A stretch of 41,055 bases of DNA from a virus (lineage: Duplodnaviria; Heunggongvirae; Uroviricota; Caudoviricetes): positions 1 through 41,055 of the IMG/VR virus record IMGVR_UViG_2529293142_000021; one strand, 5' to 3'. The notes beneath the pieces are model-generated. The model worked only from the letters and a program-made list of their open reading frames with translations, searched no databases and had not been told where the DNA came from. The position numbers were made by a program, and so were the translations under genes. Of this stretch, positions 37,143-41,055 are shown one piece after another. The number at the start of each line of letters is the position of its first letter. The stretch's first letter is position 1.

Positions 37143-38977
37143 TCGCAGTGGCAAAAATATCAGGGGTGTACGCAAACGGACTCGGCGAGCCGGTGCCGGG
37201 TATCAATTTAGTGTTAACGGCTCGCGCAACCAGTTCCGGCGTGATAATGACAACGACGGCAGCGCAGCAAACTGGCGCGGGCGGTGAGTACTGTTTTGAA
37301 CTCCAGCCGGGTGTTTACGTAGTCACCGCCAGTGGTGCGTATCTCGGCGTGATTACCGTTAACCCGGATAGCGTCGACGGCACGTTAAACGCGTATTTGA
37401 CAAATTTCAGCGCGGACGAAATGACGCCAGCGGCGCTGGCGGAGGTTCAGGAGCTCGTTGCCACAGCACAAGCCGCCGCCAGTGTTGCCAGCGGTGCCGC
37501 AACGGAAGCCAGGCAGAATGCCGCCGCCGCTGCTGCTGCTGCGCAGATTTCGACGGCAGCGGCAGGTAGCGCCCGATTTGAGAATTTTGACGAAATTATA
37601 AATATTAATACAACAGCAATGCTGGAGCTGGAAAAGCCGGAGGTGTTAGATCCGGATATTACTATAACTATCACAGAGACGATTAATTATGACTACGTTG
37701 GTCCGGTAAACGGATTTTGCGACGTTGCCAGCCCGCTTGAATATAAAATTCAAATGTACGCCTACACAACAGGCGAATATTTTAACGGCGAAACAAATTT
37801 AACGGCAGACGGTAAGTTTTATTTTAAGCGATCATGGGCCGGTGCAAAACAATTCAGGTTGGTGCGCATAGCAGATAGTAAATGGATCACTACGCTGGAA
37901 TATCCATTGTGTATTAGAAGCTACTGGATGCCCGATGATGCCGATCCTGCGGTCGTCAAAACAATGAAAGATCGTTGCTATACATATGATCAAGCGGTCG
38001 CCGCCATGGCATTAATGGTCCAGCAGCATGACGCGGTGGAACGCTACGTCGCCGGGTTATGCGCGCTGGTAGAAGACGCTGGCGGGGTTAAATTTTACGT
38101 TAACAGGCTATCAGCTCAATCGCACCGAGCTTATTACAGGATGGGTAACGTGGCCTGGGTTTTATATGCTCTCGCATTCTATCTGCATAAATTCCCCACT
38201 GGTGACCAGGTTGCTACTGTTCGTGAGAAAATAGCGGCTGGATGCACTTGGGTTGATACGTTCAGAGTTATCACCCCCGGAGATCCGCGCGAGGGGCTAT
38301 ATATGGGGGGGAGTGGTAAATTTTACGACGGCGGCACCGTTTTTGATCCGGACTATATAGCAACGTGGTGCGCACTTGAGCATAACGTTGATATTTATTT
38401 TCTGTTCGAACTACTGGGCAGAATATCGGGATTCGAGAGTTACAAAAGCAAGGCGGCAGATCTGGCCGCCGATATTATTGAAAAATTCTGGATTGAGAGC
38501 GAAGGGCGTTTTCGCCAAGGGGTGCACGAAGACGCCCCGGACAACGTTGCTGCGTTAGATCAATCGAGTTGGGGCGGGATTTTTGCTGCACACGTTGATC
38601 CTGACAAGGCCGTGAGGTGCAGGAAATACATGGAAAGATTTAGATACGGCACACAGGAATGCGCTGGATATACGCCATATGATCTTGACCAGGGGTATTC
38701 CACACAAAAACGCGGCGTGTGGTGCGAGGGGGTGGGTGGTGTCGCGCTATTTGAGCGCCTGCTCGGTAATGAGGAACGCGCAATTGAATTGATAGCAGGA
38801 ATGACCCCACTCAGAAACAAATACGGGTATCGCGATTCATGCATGGATCCAACATACGACACGCTGCCAAATTGGCCCTCAACGACAAACACCGGCTGGA
38901 TGATTTTATGTTGTCAGCCCAGTGGTTTTTGGAACGTAAACGCCCCAAAACTAAGCATTGGGATCGTGAGATATTGA
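37139..38977 (+). CDS. tail fiber or tailspike with possible enzymatic C-terminal domain
   Basis: 612 aa; N-terminal about 100 aa resembles prophage tail-fibre N-terminal domains, then Ala-rich coiled segment, then a Trp/Tyr-rich helical C-terminal domain of about 400 aa. Confidence 0.55.
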   Translation: MIAVAKISGVYANGLGEPVPGINLVLTARATSSGVIMTTTAAQQTGAGGEYCFELQPGVYVVTASGAYLGVITVNPDSVDGTLNAYLTNFSADEMTPAALAEVQELVATAQAAASVASGAATEARQNAAAAAAAAQISTAAAGSARFENFDEIININTTAMLELEKPEVLDPDITITITETINYDYVGPVNGFCDVASPLEYKIQMYAYTTGEYFNGETNLTADGKFYFKRSWAGAKQFRLVRIADSKWITTLEYPLCIRSYWMPDDADPAVVKTMKDRCYTYDQAVAAMALMVQQHDAVERYVAGLCALVEDAGGVKFYVNRLSAQSHRAYYRMGNVAWVLYALAFYLHKFPTGDQVATVREKIAAGCTWVDTFRVITPGDPREGLYMGGSGKFYDGGTVFDPDYIATWCALEHNVDIYFLFELLGRISGFESYKSKAADLAADIIEKFWIESEGRFRQGVHEDAPDNVAALDQSSWGGIFAAHVDPDKAVRCRKYMERFRYGTQECAGYTPYDLDQGYSTQKRGVWCEGVGGVALFERLLGNEERAIELIAGMTPLRNKYGYRDSCMDPTYDTLPNWPSTTNTGWMILCCQPSGFWNVNAPKLSIGIVRY

Positions 38978-39040
38978 GGCAAATTGTCGGGAGTTTTTCC
39001 CCATTTATTCCCCAATAATTCCCCGTACAAAAACAGGCAT

Positions 39041-39067
39041 AAAAAAACCAGCCGTAACAGGCTGGTT
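39041..39067 (-). terminator. rho-independent terminator, minus strand
   Basis: Minus-strand ACCAGCC tgttac GGCTGGT followed by TTTTTTT, directly 3' of the tRNA-like fragment. Confidence 0.5.
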
Positions 39068-39080
39068 CTTAAGGTGTTTT

Positions 39081-39133
39081 TGGTCGGCACGAGAGGATTT
39101 GAACCTCCGACCCCCGACACCCCATGACGGTGC
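39081..39133 (-). other. tRNA 3'-half fragment (anticodon arm CAU, T-arm, acceptor 3' strand, CCA)
   Basis: Minus strand reads GCACC GTCATGG GGTGT ... GGAGG TTCAAAT CCTCT CGTGCCG A CCA. No complementary 5' acceptor strand or D-arm upstream, so not a complete tRNA. Confidence 0.4.
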
Positions 39134-39300
39134 GGGGCGTTCGGTGTTTGCATTTTGCAATTTTGCGAAAATGTAAATTAATTGTATTAATGCGTCATTA
39201 TCTGCAGATTTATAAGCCTGCCCCGATGAAAAAGCGGTTATCAAAACTCAAAAAGAGTTATCGCAAAACAAGCACTTGCAAACCATCTCAAATGATGTGA

Positions 39301-39332
39301 TTTATTAAAATATTTCCTGATATTTTAATAAA
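39301..39332. repeat. perfect 13-bp inverted repeat near the prophage-chromosome junction
   Basis: TTTATTAAAATAT ttcctg ATATTTTAATAAA, about 35 bp before the icd-homologous junction. Confidence 0.4.
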
Positions 39333-39364
39333 TATCAGTTAGTTGAAATTAAACCATCAAACTA

Positions 39365-39529
39365 CTGTTACGCCATATGGGCTGGACTGAAGCCGCAGAC
39401 CTGATTGTTAAAGGTATGGAAGGCGCAATCAATGCGAAGACCGTAACCTATGACTTCGAGCGTCTGATGGAAGGCGCTAAACTGCTGAAATGTTCAGAAT
39501 TTGGTGATGCGATCATCAAGAACATGTAA
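39365..39529 (+). pseudogene. icd: 3'-terminal fragment of isocitrate dehydrogenase gene (icdC-like)
   Basis: Translates to [53 protein letters not shown], which is the Icd C-terminus; no upstream icd sequence. Typical of e14-type integration at icd. Confidence 0.85.
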
Positions 39530-39552
39530 TCACTACATGTGTTTAATATTGC

Positions 39553-39584
39553 AACGGGCGTATAACACGCCCGTTGTTTTATTT
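39553..39584 (+). terminator. rho-independent terminator after the icd fragment
   Basis: AACGGGCG tataaca CGCCCGTT followed by a T-run. Confidence 0.6.
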
Positions 39585-39631
39585 ATGTAGGTATTATTAA
39601 TAGCATATCGAGCATATTTATATAAAACCCT

Positions 39632-39955
39632 TTACTTGAGCCCATATGGGCATATTTTTATAATGCAACTATTATGCAAACATTTATTTGTTATTTTTCT
39701 TTCTCCTGGAGGACACTCTTGACTGCTTTTGAGTAGACTCCATAAATCCTTGTTGAATGGTGCGATGTTATAAATAGTAATAGGATATTCTTTATCTTTA
39801 AGGATAATTCCAGATTTAACCGGTGTAAATATACTGCCAGGAGGGAGAAATATAGTAGATTGATACCAGATGATCATTTTCATATTACCCCATATGGCTG
39901 AAAAAGATATGCCGCATGAAGGTTGAATTATCGTGTCAATTACTATCCACTTCAT
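39632..39955 (-). CDS. iraM: IraM-like anti-adaptor protein
   Basis: 107-aa [21 protein letters not shown]...; matches my recollection of K-12 IraM, which lies just beyond icdC; low GC. Confidence 0.5.
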   Translation of the reverse strand: MKWIVIDTIIQPSCGISFSAIWGNMKMIIWYQSTIFLPPGSIFTPVKSGIILKDKEYPITIYNIAPFNKDLWSLLKSSQECPPGERKITNKCLHNSCIIKICPYGLK

Positions 39956-40412
39956 TTGTTATGTCTTATCCCACGGTATTTAATATAGTTCATTTGGATG
40001 TTCATTTCTTTATTTTGCATATGAGTATATTACCCCTTCAAAAAATAAATTAATTAAAACGATTGCTTATATAAAACAAAATTTAAAGCAAGGAATCTCA
40101 ATGGATGTTAAACAAAATGAGATTTAGTGAAAACAATAAATTATTCACTTCGTTTTAGATTTGTTTAGCTATAATGTTATACATTCAAATGACTGAACAT
40201 CCTGTAATTAAAACATAGCCTTTATGCTACTTTGTGCCAATTTGCTAAACATTATGGTTGCCTTTTTATATAACGATAATAATGAATATAAGCATGACAT
40301 GAGAATAAGGTTTCAATTTTTGAGTTATATAGGAAAGGTTTAACCTGTTCCTGGCTAAAATACATATAACTGGATGATGACTAAACCAAAACACATGTGC
40401 GTTAAGTATTGA

Positions 40413-40445
40413 AACGGGCGTATGGCACACCCGTTGTTTTTATAA
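40413..40445 (+). terminator. second copy of the icd-type terminator segment
   Basis: ACATGTGCGTTAAGTATTGAAACGGGCGTATGGCACACCCGTTGTTTTT is homologous to 39530-39584. Confidence 0.4.
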
Positions 40446-40650
40446 ATATATTAACCGTTATAAAATAACGTATAGAAAGTCAAGTGATCACATTTCAAAT
40501 ATCAATTTGATAGTATTGGCATGGTGATTATTTATGGGTAGCAATAAAAGGACAGTATTTATCATCCATAGGGATAGTCTCTGTACTTTTATTCCCATTA
40601 TGCTAATGCCTTACTGAATTATGAAGCATTTCTTAAGCATCCAACTTTAG

Positions 40651-41055
40651 CTAGATTAATGGTTTATTATTTTCTACATCTTCAATATATAAAAGCGTAT
40701 TATCAATGGCGTAGTAACTGCGTTTGTTATGATTAACATCAGTAACCCACCGGAAAACGCCCGCGCCTGCTAGTGTTGAACAGTATTCCCGAAATGTAGA
40801 TTTTCCGCAAATATGAAGCAATGCGGCCTCTTTTATTTTAGCAGGGTTCTTGGTCGTACTAACTTTTAACAGGTTCCTGGTTCCTCTTAATAACAAAACC
40901 GTGTCATCGTGAGTAATAATTCTGATGTTATCCGTAGCCAGATAATAAATGTAATGTGCAATACGGTGATGTTTTAATTCTGAATAAAACCAGGAGAAGT
41001 TTTGCTCTTTTCTCACTTGCTCAAACATCTTTTGAAAAACAACGACCTGATCCAT
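40651..41055 (-). CDS. ycgX: YcgX-like hypothetical protein
   Basis: 134-aa ORF whose start codon sits exactly at the window end; AT-rich; position after the iraM-like gene matches the K-12 order icdC-iraM-ycgX as I recall it. Confidence 0.45.
   Translation of the reverse strand: MDQVVVFQKMFEQVRKEQNFSWFYSELKHHRIAHYIYYLATDNIRIITHDDTVLLLRGTRNLLKVSTTKNPAKIKEAALLHICGKSTFREYCSTLAGAGVFRWVTDVNHNKRSYYAIDNTLLYIEDVENNKPLI

Noticed and set aside
39081-39170. A complete tRNA gene on the minus strand
   Set aside because: Only the anticodon arm, T-arm and acceptor 3' strand with CCA can be folded; no complementary 5' acceptor strand or D-arm exists upstream, so it is called a fragment.
39373-39896. Three copies of CCATATGG(G) (about 39373, 39641, 39888) that looked like repeated att core sites
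   Set aside because: The first is within the icd-homologous coding fragment and the other two fall inside the iraM-like coding sequence in different frames, so they are most likely coincidental rather than recombination sites.

Overview
The window is almost entirely one large temperate prophage (about 1 to 39,360) integrated at the 3' end of icd, followed by a short stretch of Escherichia-like chromosome (icd 3' fragment, iraM-like and ycgX-like genes). All calls are from reading the sequence and ORF track by eye; no searches or computations were run. The prophage is mosaic: a lambda-like integration, immunity, replication, nin, Q and lysis region and lambda-like packaging and head genes, joined to a P2/Mu-like contractile tail module. 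It looks like a near-complete relative of the K-12 e14 element. The best candidate for an undescribed system is a translationally coupled, AT-rich two-gene cassette (15567-16732) with its own promoter and flanking terminators, sitting between antiterminator Q and the holin; its second protein has HEPN-like motifs. Other accessory features are a fused C5-cytosine/N6-adenine DNA methyltransferase, a PAPS-reductase-like protein, two zinc-ribbon proteins, a candidate Imm-like membrane protein encoded antisense inside the tail cluster, and an AT-rich lipoprotein next to int. Four structural genes (large terminase, tail fiber, tail fiber assembly, tape measure) carry apparent 1-base frameshifts, three of them clearly at homopolymer runs, which may be sequencing artefacts or real decay.
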